From: an uncultured Clostridia bacterium
Lineage (GTDB): Bacteria; Bacillota; Clostridia; UBA1381
DNA length: 64,000 bases
Reading direction: 5' to 3'
NCBI GenBank assembly: GCA_934486495.1
Contig: CAKSPW010000003.1
Location: 2,050 to 66,049 of the forward strand
The stretch's first letter is position 1; every line of letters begins with the position of its first letter. The notes below the pieces were generated by a model, which was not told where the DNA came from, did not search any database, and saw only the letters and a program-made list of their open reading frames with translations. Below are positions 18,721-28,052 of the stretch, piece after piece. Both the position numbers and the translations under genes were made by a program.

Positions 18721-20976
18721 ATGAAAAGAATTAAAAAATTGTGTAGCGTTTGTGTTAAGGGATTTATGTTACTTAGCGCATTTAGCGGTTTTTCGGTACA
18801 GGCTGCGTCCGAGCCGGGGCTTATCGGCTCAAAGTTGGACTCAAGAAGCTATACCGATATGCCGCTTGAATCCGGAAACAGTGAAATGAATAAGTTAAAT
18901 GACGGCACAATGGACGGCGCAGTTGCCGTAAAGATGAAGAAAGATGTTGACATGTCTGACGGTAAGTATTTTGTGGACATTGTATGCAACGGATTTATTG
19001 CAAAATACCAGAGTCTTGACCTCGGATGTAACGTTGGACTTATTAAAGATCAAAGTATTAAAAAAATCGGAGTTGCAGGCTATAATGACGAAACCAATAC
19101 ATGGCCGAGCGCTCCGCAGCAGACCTATGATATAACGTGGCTCAAATCCGGCGACAGCTATACGGGCAAGGCGGTAGTCAATTTTGATACACCGATAACA
19201 TCAAGCCGTTTGCGTGTGTATATATTGGATGCAAACAGAACATGGGATAATTTCCGTATGGAGGAGCTTGCAGCTTACGGCGAACTGACAGGGAAAGGCA
19301 TTGACAGCCTGACACGAAATGCTTCAGTGACGACAAACTTTACCTGCGAGGGCAATTTCCCGCTCAGCAATTTAACGGACAGATATTTTGCGTCGGAAAT
19401 GCTGACGAATTTTAATGCCACACCCGAAAACCCCGGAATTATAACAATGGATTTCGGCGATAAATACTACGATTTTGACCGTATGGATATGGTTGGTTTG
19501 TTTGCTAAAAACGCAGGCGTAACCGCTATGACGATTGAATACAAAAACGGCGGAGAATGGACAAAACTAAAAGATGTAACCTTTAACAGAAGCGGAAGAA
19601 ACGGAAGTGACGGCTCGCAAATTGACAGAATTGACCTTGGCGTAGTCACAAACGGTTTGCAGTTTAAGGTAACGGAGCATAAGAATAGCTGGGGACATTT
19701 CCGAATCAGTGAAATAGCACTTTACGGGCCAAGCTTGGTTGGTGACAAGTTAGACGCAAGAAGCTGTACCGATATGCCGCTTGAAGGCGATAACACCAAC
19801 ATGGATAAGCTGAATGACGGTACCATGGACGGCGCAGTTGTTGTATCATTGGATAAGAATATTGATATGTCTGACGGCAAATATTATCTGGACATCATAT
19901 GCAACGGATATATCGCAAAATACCAAAGCCTTGACCTCGGATGTAACACAGGACTCATCAAACATCAGGATATTAAAAAAATCGGAATCGCAGGCTATGA
20001 CGATGAAACTCATACATGGCCGAGCGGACCTCAGCAGGTTTACGATGTAGTCTGGCCCGAAAAAGACGGTAAATATACAGGCAAGGCTGTTATCAAATTT
20101 AAAACACCGATAACATCAAGCCGTTTGCGTGTGTATATATTGGACGCAAACAGAACGTGGAATAATTTCCGTATGGAAGAGCTTGCAGCTTACGGAAAAC
20201 TTGCAGGCAACAGCGTTGACAGCCTGGCGCAAAATGCCTCCGTGACGACAAACTTTACCTGCGAGGGTAATTTCCCGCTCGGCAATTTGACGGACAGATA
20301 TTTTGCGTCGGAAATGCTGACGGATTTCAAAGCAACAACCGAAAACCCCGGAATTATAACAATGGATTTCGGCGATAAGTATTACGATTTTGAAAACATG
20401 GATATGGTTGGAATGCACGCTAAAAATGCTGGCGTAACAGCTATGACGATTGAATATAAAAACGGCGGAGAATGGACTAAGCTAAAGGATTTGACCTTTA
20501 ACAGAAGCGGAAGATACGGAAGTACGGATTTGCAGATTGACAGAATTGACCTCGGCGTAACGGGTAACGGCTTGAGATTTAACGTAACGGATTATAATAA
20601 AGGATACGGACATTTCAGAATCAGTGATATGTTAATCTACGGCAATGAATCATACATTCCTGCGGTAAACAGTGCAAATATATCATATACCGTTAACGGA
20701 AATAAAGGTACAAATAATCAATTCGGCAGCGGCACAATCAATGTCAGCGCAGATATTACGCTTGAAGACGGCAGAAACGGTGCGGTTCTTTATGCGGCTT
20801 TATACAGCGGCGAAAAAATGATTGCTGTTGTACAGTCGGAAAAAACGGACGGCGGAGCTGTTAATTGCACATTTGACGTTGATAATGCAGACGGAAAAAC
20901 AATTAAGCTTCTTGTTTTAGACAGTGTGCTCTCTCCGATTTGCAATGCGGTGGAATTACAGCCGCACAGCAATTAA
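18721..20976 (+). CDS. Secreted protein with two tandem 305-aa double discoidin (F5/8 type C / CBM32-like) modules plus a C-terminal Ig-like region
   Basis: Signal peptide MKRIKKLCSVCVKGFMLLSAFSGFSVQAAS. Discoidin-type C-terminal strands FRMEELAAYG and FRISEIALYG occur. RBS is GGAGG. Confidence 0.75.
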   Translation: MKRIKKLCSVCVKGFMLLSAFSGFSVQAASEPGLIGSKLDSRSYTDMPLESGNSEMNKLNDGTMDGAVAVKMKKDVDMSDGKYFVDIVCNGFIAKYQSLDLGCNVGLIKDQSIKKIGVAGYNDETNTWPSAPQQTYDITWLKSGDSYTGKAVVNFDTPITSSRLRVYILDANRTWDNFRMEELAAYGELTGKGIDSLTRNASVTTNFTCEGNFPLSNLTDRYFASEMLTNFNATPENPGIITMDFGDKYYDFDRMDMVGLFAKNAGVTAMTIEYKNGGEWTKLKDVTFNRSGRNGSDGSQIDRIDLGVVTNGLQFKVTEHKNSWGHFRISEIALYGPSLVGDKLDARSCTDMPLEGDNTNMDKLNDGTMDGAVVVSLDKNIDMSDGKYYLDIICNGYIAKYQSLDLGCNTGLIKHQDIKKIGIAGYDDETHTWPSGPQQVYDVVWPEKDGKYTGKAVIKFKTPITSSRLRVYILDANRTWNNFRMEELAAYGKLAGNSVDSLAQNASVTTNFTCEGNFPLGNLTDRYFASEMLTDFKATTENPGIITMDFGDKYYDFENMDMVGMHAKNAGVTAMTIEYKNGGEWTKLKDLTFNRSGRYGSTDLQIDRIDLGVTGNGLRFNVTDYNKGYGHFRISDMLIYGNESYIPAVNSANISYTVNGNKGTNNQFGSGTINVSADITLEDGRNGAVLYAALYSGEKMIAVVQSEKTDGGAVNCTFDVDNADGKTIKLLVLDSVLSPICNAVELQPHSN
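18820..19734 (+). repeat. Coding repeat module R1 (915 bp)
   Basis: Aligns without gaps to 19735..20649 and 21165..22079, with long near-identical nucleotide runs, e.g. ACCGATAACATCAAGCCGTTTGCGTGTGTATATATTGGA. Confidence 0.9.
19735..20649 (+). repeat. Coding repeat module R2 (915 bp)
   Basis: Tandem to R1 in the same ORF, with period exactly 915 nt (305 codons). Confidence 0.9.
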
Positions 20977-21065
20977 TTAAATATCGACCGATAAGAAGGA
21001 TTGATATTTGATTAATTCAATCCGACATCGGTGTGTTGTGATTTATGAGTAAGGAGAACTTCGCA

Positions 21066-24000
21066 ATGAGAAGAATGAAAAGATTATGCAGCCTTTGTGT
21101 TGCTGGATTGATGATGTTTAACGGATTAGGCTGTTTTTCGGTACAGGCAGCATCCGAAACGGAGCTTGCCGGCTCAAGGTTGGACGCAAGAAACTATACC
21201 GATATGCCGCTTGAATCCTCAAACAGCGATATGGATAAGCTAAATGACGGCAGCATGGACGGTGCGGTTGTTGTGTCATTGGATAAGAATACCGATATGT
21301 CGGACGGCAGTTATTATGTTGATATCGTATGTAACGGATATATTGCAAAATACCAAAGCCTTGACCTCGGATGTAACGTAGGACTTATCGAACATCAGGG
21401 TATTAAAAAAGTCGGAGTTGCAGGCTATGACGATGAAACTCACTCGTGGCCGAGCGGTCCGCAGCAGACATACGATATAACGTGGCTCAAATCCGGCGAC
21501 AGCTATACGGGTAAGGCGGTAGTCAAGTTTGAAACACCGATAACTTCAAGCCGTTTGCGTGTGTATATATTGGACGCAAACAGAACATGGGATAATTTCC
21601 GCATGGAAGAGCTTGCAGGCTACGGCGAGCTGACAGGAAAGGCTATCGACAGCTTGGCGAAATATGCGACTGTAACGGCTAATTTTGATTGCGACGGCGC
21701 AAGACCGCTCAGCAATTTGTCTGACAGATACTTTGCGTCGGAAATGCTGACGAATTTTAATGCTACACCCGATAATCCAGGAATTATCACAATGGATTTC
21801 GGCAACAATTATTATGATTTTGACAGCATGGATATGGTTGGCTTGTTTGCCAAAAATGCAGGCGTAACAGCTATGACGATTGAATATAAAAACGGCGACG
21901 AATGGACTAAGCTGAAAGATGTTACATTTGAGAGAAGCGGAAGATACGGAAGTACAAACTCGCAGATAGACAGAATCGACCTCGGTATAGTTGCCAACGG
22001 TTTACAGTTTAAGGTAACCGAACATAAGAACGAATGGGGACATTTCCGAATCAGCGAGATAGTGCTTTACGGTAAAGAGGCAGACGCTCCGATACCGTCA
22101 GAGCCGCCCACACCGTCAGAGCCGCCGGTATCCAATCCGTCTGTTTTGAGTGCGGTATACATGACAACCGCAGCACTTGATTACAAAAACGGCTTTTATG
22201 ATTTGAAGCGACTTAATAATCAGAGCTCGTATGCAAATGAGCCGTTGGTTGTTGATGTGCCTAAGAGCGTTAATATGGGCAGGGATTACTGCTTTGATGT
22301 GATTTTCAAGGGTAAGCTTGCCGCTATGCACAGCATACAGTTTAAATGTTTCCAAGGACAATTTGCAAATCAGAGTGTAAAAAGAATTGATGTGGATGCA
22401 TATAACGATAAAACAGGTCAGTGGAGCACAGTTTTGGAAGATCATGTACTCACATGGAAAGAGTCAACAGATTTAAAGGAGGGCAGTGCCGAGTCGATTG
22501 TCAGCCTTCCCACAGGTATAAAGACTTCAAGAATTCGAGTTTATATTAAAGACGCAAACAGAAGCTGGAATAATTTCCGTATGGACGAGATGGCAGTATT
22601 CGGTGAAGTTTTGAATGACAAACCGTCAAATTTAGCGCCGGCTGCAAAGACAGATGTAAGCTATGATTTTGATTCGTCGAACTATAAAGCAGAGAATTTA
22701 ACTGACGGTGATTTTGATACTAAGCTTACATGCAAGGCAGGCGTTCAGCCGTCAACGGATAATCCGGCATACATAGCGTTGGATTTCGGTAATGATTATT
22801 ACCAAGTTGATGAGCTTGAATTGGCTACGGCATATGCAAGATATTGCGGAATTCTTAAAGGAGAGCTGCAATACAAAGAATACGGCGAGTGGAAAAAACT
22901 CAAGGAATTCAGCTTTACAAGAGGTGGTATTTCCGCATCTGATGATTATGAGTTTGATACAATTACGGCAGATGTGGTCACAAACGGCTTGCGTTTGAAG
23001 ATAACCGATGTTATTTTGGACAAAAACTATCATAATTTCAGTATTAATGAAATTTCGGTAAGAGGAAGCAAGTCAGAGGCGCCGCTTTTGCCGCAGCAGG
23101 TGGAATATCAGACAAAACCCGGATTTGAGGCGTTGACCGACGGAAATGTTGAAACTGTATGGACTTCACAGTTTGGATTTATTCCTTCCGCAGAAAAGCC
23201 GCATGAAATCCGTTTGGAATTTAAGCGTGCGTTTTCACCGAAAATTATAATATTTACGGGAAATGCTCCGACACCGTCACGCATTAAGGCAGGTTATGAA
23301 AAAGACGGTGTGTTTACAGCGTTCGGCGCTGAAAGCAATCTTACCTTTACAGACGGAACAGCTCGTATAATTTTGCCCGAAACGGCAGAAACAAAAACGT
23401 TGATTTTACATATTACGGGAGCGGAGCGCGAAGATTATACACTAGCTGAAATCTCTGTTTTGGCATTTGACAGATACGAAAATATTAAAAAAGCTATTGA
23501 TACGTTTGCGGATACCAAAGCATATCGCGATTATCAATCTGCAAAATCGGCAATCGAAGCCGTTGATGACGAACAAATTCGTGCAGAGTTTGAGCCTTTG
23601 CTTGAAAGTGAAAAGCAAAATGTAGTAAAAAACCAGAAAATAGAGGCGGTATATAATGCTGCCGAAAAAACAGCGGAGATATCGGGATGGCTTTTTGTAC
23701 CGGCTGACGTTAAAGTTCCTCTTCACGTTAAGGGATCAGCAACAGATTTAATTCTTGAGGTTACAGCCGACGAAAGCGGTAATTTTAAGCAAAAGTCAGA
23801 TATGAGCGGTCTGAAGGAATACGGAAAGTATACAGTGACGGCCGTTGTTGAAGGAGAAACCGTAACGGGCACATTCGAGCTGCGTCCTCAAAAGAGCGGC
23901 AAAGATATTTTGCAATTCTCCATTGACGGAAACAAAGGAAAAATTAAAGGAAACAGCATTGATGTTACTCTTCCGAAAGGAAGTACGATATTCGGCAGAA

Positions 24001-24812
24001 TACCCGTATTCACAATTTCGGAAGGTGCTGTACTTTTAAATGGCGATACAGTGATTGAAAGCGGAAAAACATCACTGGATTTCAAAGGCACGGTTACTTT
24101 GACCGTTCGTGCTGAGGACGGAACTTCGGCTGACTATGCCGTAAGAGTTACCTTATCGTCCGGAAGCAGCTCGGGCGGCTCCGGCGGAGGCGGAGGTAAC
24201 GGCGGCGTAAGCAACAAGGTTATTATGCCGAATGTAACTCCGAAGCCGGACGTTAAGGATGATACAAGCGATGCGGAAAAAGGATTTTCGGATGTATCTT
24301 CAAATCACTGGGCTTACGAGTATGTTGAAAAGCTTCGCAAAGACGGAATTGTAAACGGCGTCGGCGAAAACTGCTTCTATCCCGAAAATACGGTAAAAAG
24401 AGAAGAGTTTGCTAAAATGCTTGTATTGTCGATGGGATTAAATCCCGAAGGAAAATCAGGCTTTGCGGATGCTGAAGAAAACTGGAGCGATTCATATCTT
24501 GCGGCGGCAAAGAATGCAGGAATTATCAACGGAATTGCAGACGGAATGTTCGGTGTCGGACACGATATAACACGTCAGGATTTGGCGATAATGATTTACA
24601 GAGCATTGCCCGAAACACTGAAAACTTCACAGTCGCGAGAGTTATTTGCAGATGACGCTGATATTGCGGACTATGCTAAGGAAGCGGTTTATGCGCTTAG
24701 AAGTCTTGGATTAATCAGCGGCTATGAAAATCAATTCCGACCCGATGAACGTGCCACACGGGCGGAAAGTGCAAAAATTTTGGCAGGGTTTAAAGGAATG
24801 ATAGAAAAATGA
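21066..24812 (+). CDS. Giant secreted multi-discoidin protein with G/S linker and three C-terminal SLH repeats
   Basis: The signal peptide and RBS region are homologous to those of the previous gene. It carries module R3, a diverged module copy and a further discoidin-like domain. These are followed by the linker SSGSSSGGSGGGGGNGG and SLH motifs (FSDVSSNHWAYEYVEKL..., FADAEENWSDSYLAAAK..., FADDADIADYAKEAVYAL...). Confidence 0.8.
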   Translation: MRRMKRLCSLCVAGLMMFNGLGCFSVQAASETELAGSRLDARNYTDMPLESSNSDMDKLNDGSMDGAVVVSLDKNTDMSDGSYYVDIVCNGYIAKYQSLDLGCNVGLIEHQGIKKVGVAGYDDETHSWPSGPQQTYDITWLKSGDSYTGKAVVKFETPITSSRLRVYILDANRTWDNFRMEELAGYGELTGKAIDSLAKYATVTANFDCDGARPLSNLSDRYFASEMLTNFNATPDNPGIITMDFGNNYYDFDSMDMVGLFAKNAGVTAMTIEYKNGDEWTKLKDVTFERSGRYGSTNSQIDRIDLGIVANGLQFKVTEHKNEWGHFRISEIVLYGKEADAPIPSEPPTPSEPPVSNPSVLSAVYMTTAALDYKNGFYDLKRLNNQSSYANEPLVVDVPKSVNMGRDYCFDVIFKGKLAAMHSIQFKCFQGQFANQSVKRIDVDAYNDKTGQWSTVLEDHVLTWKESTDLKEGSAESIVSLPTGIKTSRIRVYIKDANRSWNNFRMDEMAVFGEVLNDKPSNLAPAAKTDVSYDFDSSNYKAENLTDGDFDTKLTCKAGVQPSTDNPAYIALDFGNDYYQVDELELATAYARYCGILKGELQYKEYGEWKKLKEFSFTRGGISASDDYEFDTITADVVTNGLRLKITDVILDKNYHNFSINEISVRGSKSEAPLLPQQVEYQTKPGFEALTDGNVETVWTSQFGFIPSAEKPHEIRLEFKRAFSPKIIIFTGNAPTPSRIKAGYEKDGVFTAFGAESNLTFTDGTARIILPETAETKTLILHITGAEREDYTLAEISVLAFDRYENIKKAIDTFADTKAYRDYQSAKSAIEAVDDEQIRAEFEPLLESEKQNVVKNQKIEAVYNAAEKTAEISGWLFVPADVKVPLHVKGSATDLILEVTADESGNFKQKSDMSGLKEYGKYTVTAVVEGETVTGTFELRPQKSGKDILQFSIDGNKGKIKGNSIDVTLPKGSTIFGRIPVFTISEGAVLLNGDTVIESGKTSLDFKGTVTLTVRAEDGTSADYAVRVTLSSGSSSGGSGGGGGNGGVSNKVIMPNVTPKPDVKDDTSDAEKGFSDVSSNHWAYEYVEKLRKDGIVNGVGENCFYPENTVKREEFAKMLVLSMGLNPEGKSGFADAEENWSDSYLAAAKNAGIINGIADGMFGVGHDITRQDLAIMIYRALPETLKTSQSRELFADDADIADYAKEAVYALRSLGLISGYENQFRPDERATRAESAKILAGFKGMIEK
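21165..22079 (+). repeat. Coding repeat module R3 (915 bp)
   Basis: Third copy of the R1/R2 module, at the N-terminus of the next gene. Confidence 0.9.
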
Positions 24813-27800
24813 AAAAGATATTGTCAATGATACTTACCGTTGCGCTTGCTGTGGCGTCGCTTACCCCGATTAAGGGGTTGGCGGCGTCGGAAAATCTGAC
24901 ACGCTGGGCAACGATTACAACAGATATTCCGTATCTGGAGGAATTGGGTCCGGAACGCCTTAACGACGGAAAGAACACAGACGGTATGGTTACGGACGGA
25001 AGCATAAAGCCGTCATTCCCGTATCATATTGAATTGGATTTTGGCGGTTATACCGCGGAAATGTCTGACCTTCGCATCTATTCGTGCGACGGAAAGGGCA
25101 TGGGTGTAACGAATTTGGGGATTGACGTTTGGCAGGGTAACAGCTGGAAAACCGTCCGTTCGGGCGAGATACTCAGCTGGAATCGTTCCGAGTCGAAAAA
25201 AGCCGAAAGTCGTGATATCCATTTTTCAAGTCCGGTACGCGGCGAGAAATTCCGTCTTGTAATTAAAGCTGCAAATCTTAAAGAGCAGTCGTTTAGGATA
25301 GATGAGCTCGAGATGCTCGGCTCACTTGTCGGTATCCGTGATAAGAAGCAGATTACAAACACCGAAATTGCTTATTTCCGCTGCGAAAAAGGAGGAAATG
25401 TAACACTTCCGGGTCATGTCACGGCTAATTTGGCTGATGGCAGCTCTATCACAATGGGTGTAGAGTGGGGAGTTCCGGATACTTCATCCGAGGGTGTTAA
25501 AACGGTAACCGGTTATATGCCTTACTATGATGTTACGCCATGCACGCTTGTTGATGTGTTTGATGCGGATAAGGATATAAGTGCCGTAAACGGTACATGG
25601 GCAGAAGACTTGATTGCAAATGCTGTTGCGTCCGGACTTTTGGGAGGTATATCGGCAGATCCCGGACAGCCTATGCGCCAATTGGACGCTGCATTAATAC
25701 TTTTCAGAAACGGTGAATTGTCTCCCGTTCAGCCGAAAGCGGATTCCTCTTTGAACGGTAACTTTGCCGGAAAAGAGATGGCAGCCGCAGTTGAGGCGGT
25801 TTGCGGAGCGATTTCTGCCGAAGAACCCCTCACACGAGCAAAGGCGGCTTCATGGATTGTCAAAATGAATCCCGCAGCAAACGGGTTTGAGAAAAAAGAT
25901 CTTCCTTACGGTGACCTCGGCGGTTTGAACCAAGAGGAGCTTGCAGGTGTCGAAGAAGCATTTAGCCGTGGTGTTATCAGTAAAAACAATAGCTTCAGAC
26001 CCGGAGATGCCGTAACGCTTGCGGAGCTGCTTGCTATGCAGTCAAAGCTTGAAAACGGCTGTGAGCAAATCGGATCTGACGGAAATATCAACCGCACCTT
26101 TACGGACAGCGGAGAAGTACTTGTAAATCCGTATATGGGAATTTTCAGCTACTATTTGGATAACGGTCTTGTAAACTATGACATTCACTATGATAACGGT
26201 ACATATTTTGAGGATGTTCCCGGACTTTCAAACATCTACATCAGAATTCCGTGGTCGGTTGTTCAGCCAGAAAAGGGAATTTATGATTTTAGTATGGTAG
26301 ACGGAGCTATCGAAAAGTTTAAGCGTGTCGGAAAACAGATTTCCCTGCGTTTTACCGCATCGGAAACAGGACACGTATACGCTACTCCGAAATGGGTATT
26401 TGACGAGGGTGCAAAGATTCATTGGTGGGGATATGACAGTCCCGACGCTTACAGTATGCCGTATTTTGACGACCCGATATTCCTTGCAAATCTCGACGTA
26501 TTTTTGGGCGAGGTTGCAAAGCGTTATGACGGCAACCCGAACATTGCCTATATCGACATCGGCTCTCTCGGAATTTGGGGTGAGGGACATACCGGCTCGG
26601 CAGGTTATAAGCTGACTCCCGAGGCTGCTCGTATGCATATGGAGCTTCATGCAAAACACTTTAAGAAAACAAAAGTTGTTGTTTTGGACGATATGGGTCA
26701 AAACTTTAACGACAGATTTTTCCCGGAGGTTAAAAATGACGTAATCCGTCTGGGATTCGGACTTCGTAATGACGGATATGCCGGTGTTGACGGCAAGATG
26801 CGCTTTATTCTGCCTGAGGATAAAACTCTCGGTGACGGTATCTGGGAACACGCTCCCATAGTTATGGAGCCTGAGCATTACGGAGAAATGCATAGACTTG
26901 ATATTTGGGGAGACGGTGTGGATTTTGCACATTGGATAGATATAGTTCACGGTACATATATAGGCTTGCATGGATTTTCTAAGGTTATGGCTGAAGAAAA
27001 CCCCGAGTTTATGGAATATGCCAACAAGCGGATAGGATACAGAATTATTCCCGAAACAGTCCGCTTGACGAGCGAAACACAGGTACACGGAAATATAACG
27101 TTGTCTGCCGATTGGAAAAACGTTGCCGCAGCGCCTTGCTATAACGGTGCTTACCCGGCAATTACCTTAAAGGATATGGACGGAAACATTATGTCGGTTA
27201 TGGTTGACAGCAAGTTCAATGTTGATTCTCTGCCCGTCAGCGCACCGGGTAAGGCAAAAAGCGTTCGTGAGGAAGCGGAGTTCCGTGTTCATGACGTTTT
27301 GCCGGGCGGAACATATCAGGCATTTCTGTCTTTGGGTAACATAACGGGTTCGCCCGAGATTAAAATGCCTATTGAGGGCAATGACGGTGAAAGCAGATAT
27401 TATATCGGTGATGTTACAATCAAGGGTGATTATGAGCTTACGGTTACTCAGCAGTCCGATGATGATATTACACTGCACTTTGAGCTTTCGCCGAGCGTCG
27501 GTGAATATGTGGCTCTTTGGGGTAATATTTCCATGCGTGAGCAGGGCGGAGAGCATGTTTATATGCCGGGTGATATTGTATTTTCGGTTAATACGTCGCC
27601 TCTTGCGGCAGCACTTAAGACAAAGAGCGCTTGCGATATTCCTGTTAAGCTTTCTTTAAACAACGCACAGTTTAATTTTAAGAAGAGCGTCAAACCGGGA
27701 ATGGTATTTGATGTTCATTACGATATGGATACGTTGGGCGGCGGTATGACACCGGGTATGATGATGTCCGGCAACGGACGCAGTCCCAAGATAGGAACAG

Positions 27801-27847
27801 CGGTTATACAAGATGACTTGGCCGTTAAGTTTCAGCCGCTGGAATAA
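24809..27847 (+). CDS. Secreted protein with N-terminal discoidin domain, central SLH-like repeats and a TIM-barrel glycosidase-like C-terminal region (GH42/DUF4832-like)
   Basis: Signal peptide MKKILSMILTVALAVASLTPIKGLAAS and discoidin strand FRIDELEMLG. The glycosidase-like stretch reads IRIPWSVVQPEKGIYDF...IAYIDIGSLGIWGEGH. The start overlaps the upstream stop (ATGA). Confidence 0.55.
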   Translation: MKKILSMILTVALAVASLTPIKGLAASENLTRWATITTDIPYLEELGPERLNDGKNTDGMVTDGSIKPSFPYHIELDFGGYTAEMSDLRIYSCDGKGMGVTNLGIDVWQGNSWKTVRSGEILSWNRSESKKAESRDIHFSSPVRGEKFRLVIKAANLKEQSFRIDELEMLGSLVGIRDKKQITNTEIAYFRCEKGGNVTLPGHVTANLADGSSITMGVEWGVPDTSSEGVKTVTGYMPYYDVTPCTLVDVFDADKDISAVNGTWAEDLIANAVASGLLGGISADPGQPMRQLDAALILFRNGELSPVQPKADSSLNGNFAGKEMAAAVEAVCGAISAEEPLTRAKAASWIVKMNPAANGFEKKDLPYGDLGGLNQEELAGVEEAFSRGVISKNNSFRPGDAVTLAELLAMQSKLENGCEQIGSDGNINRTFTDSGEVLVNPYMGIFSYYLDNGLVNYDIHYDNGTYFEDVPGLSNIYIRIPWSVVQPEKGIYDFSMVDGAIEKFKRVGKQISLRFTASETGHVYATPKWVFDEGAKIHWWGYDSPDAYSMPYFDDPIFLANLDVFLGEVAKRYDGNPNIAYIDIGSLGIWGEGHTGSAGYKLTPEAARMHMELHAKHFKKTKVVVLDDMGQNFNDRFFPEVKNDVIRLGFGLRNDGYAGVDGKMRFILPEDKTLGDGIWEHAPIVMEPEHYGEMHRLDIWGDGVDFAHWIDIVHGTYIGLHGFSKVMAEENPEFMEYANKRIGYRIIPETVRLTSETQVHGNITLSADWKNVAAAPCYNGAYPAITLKDMDGNIMSVMVDSKFNVDSLPVSAPGKAKSVREEAEFRVHDVLPGGTYQAFLSLGNITGSPEIKMPIEGNDGESRYYIGDVTIKGDYELTVTQQSDDDITLHFELSPSVGEYVALWGNISMREQGGEHVYMPGDIVFSVNTSPLAAALKTKSACDIPVKLSLNNAQFNFKKSVKPGMVFDVHYDMDTLGGGMTPGMMMSGNGRSPKIGTAVIQDDLAVKFQPLE

Positions 27848-27996
27848 CGGACGTTAAAACTCCCGATTGCAGGGAAAGAAGAAAAATCAAGTTATTTGAC
27901 TTTTCACGAAATTGCTTCTTTTCTTGCTGTCAGCAAATCACACCTTTTAATGTGCGCTTTGATTAGGTTTGCTGATTTTACAGCAGAATAAATAAT

Positions 27997-28031
27997 GGCT
28001 GTTCAAAAAGTCATCGGCTTTTTGAACAGCC
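27997..28031 (+). terminator. Palindromic hairpin GGCTGTTCAAAAAG-N7-CTTTTTGAACAGCC
   Basis: Perfect 14-bp arms downstream of the 1012-aa gene. No strong T-run follows. Confidence 0.5.
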
Positions 28032-28052
28032 CATTAAAATAAAGAAAGGAGT

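Noticed and set aside
22090-22130. Short direct repeat ACCGTCAGAGCCGCC x2
   Set aside because: It encodes a Pro/Ser/Glu linker (PSEPPTPSEPP) between domains and is an ordinary linker duplication.
24160-24215. GGC/GGA-rich low-complexity DNA
   Set aside because: It encodes the Gly/Ser linker (SSGSSSGGSGGGGGNGG) before the SLH repeats. It is not an independent repeat element.
26228-27088. 286-aa ORF antisense to the 1012-aa glycosidase-like gene
   Set aside because: It lies entirely inside a well-supported + strand gene and has no RBS. Its Cys/His/Phe-rich, low-complexity composition is typical of antisense frames.
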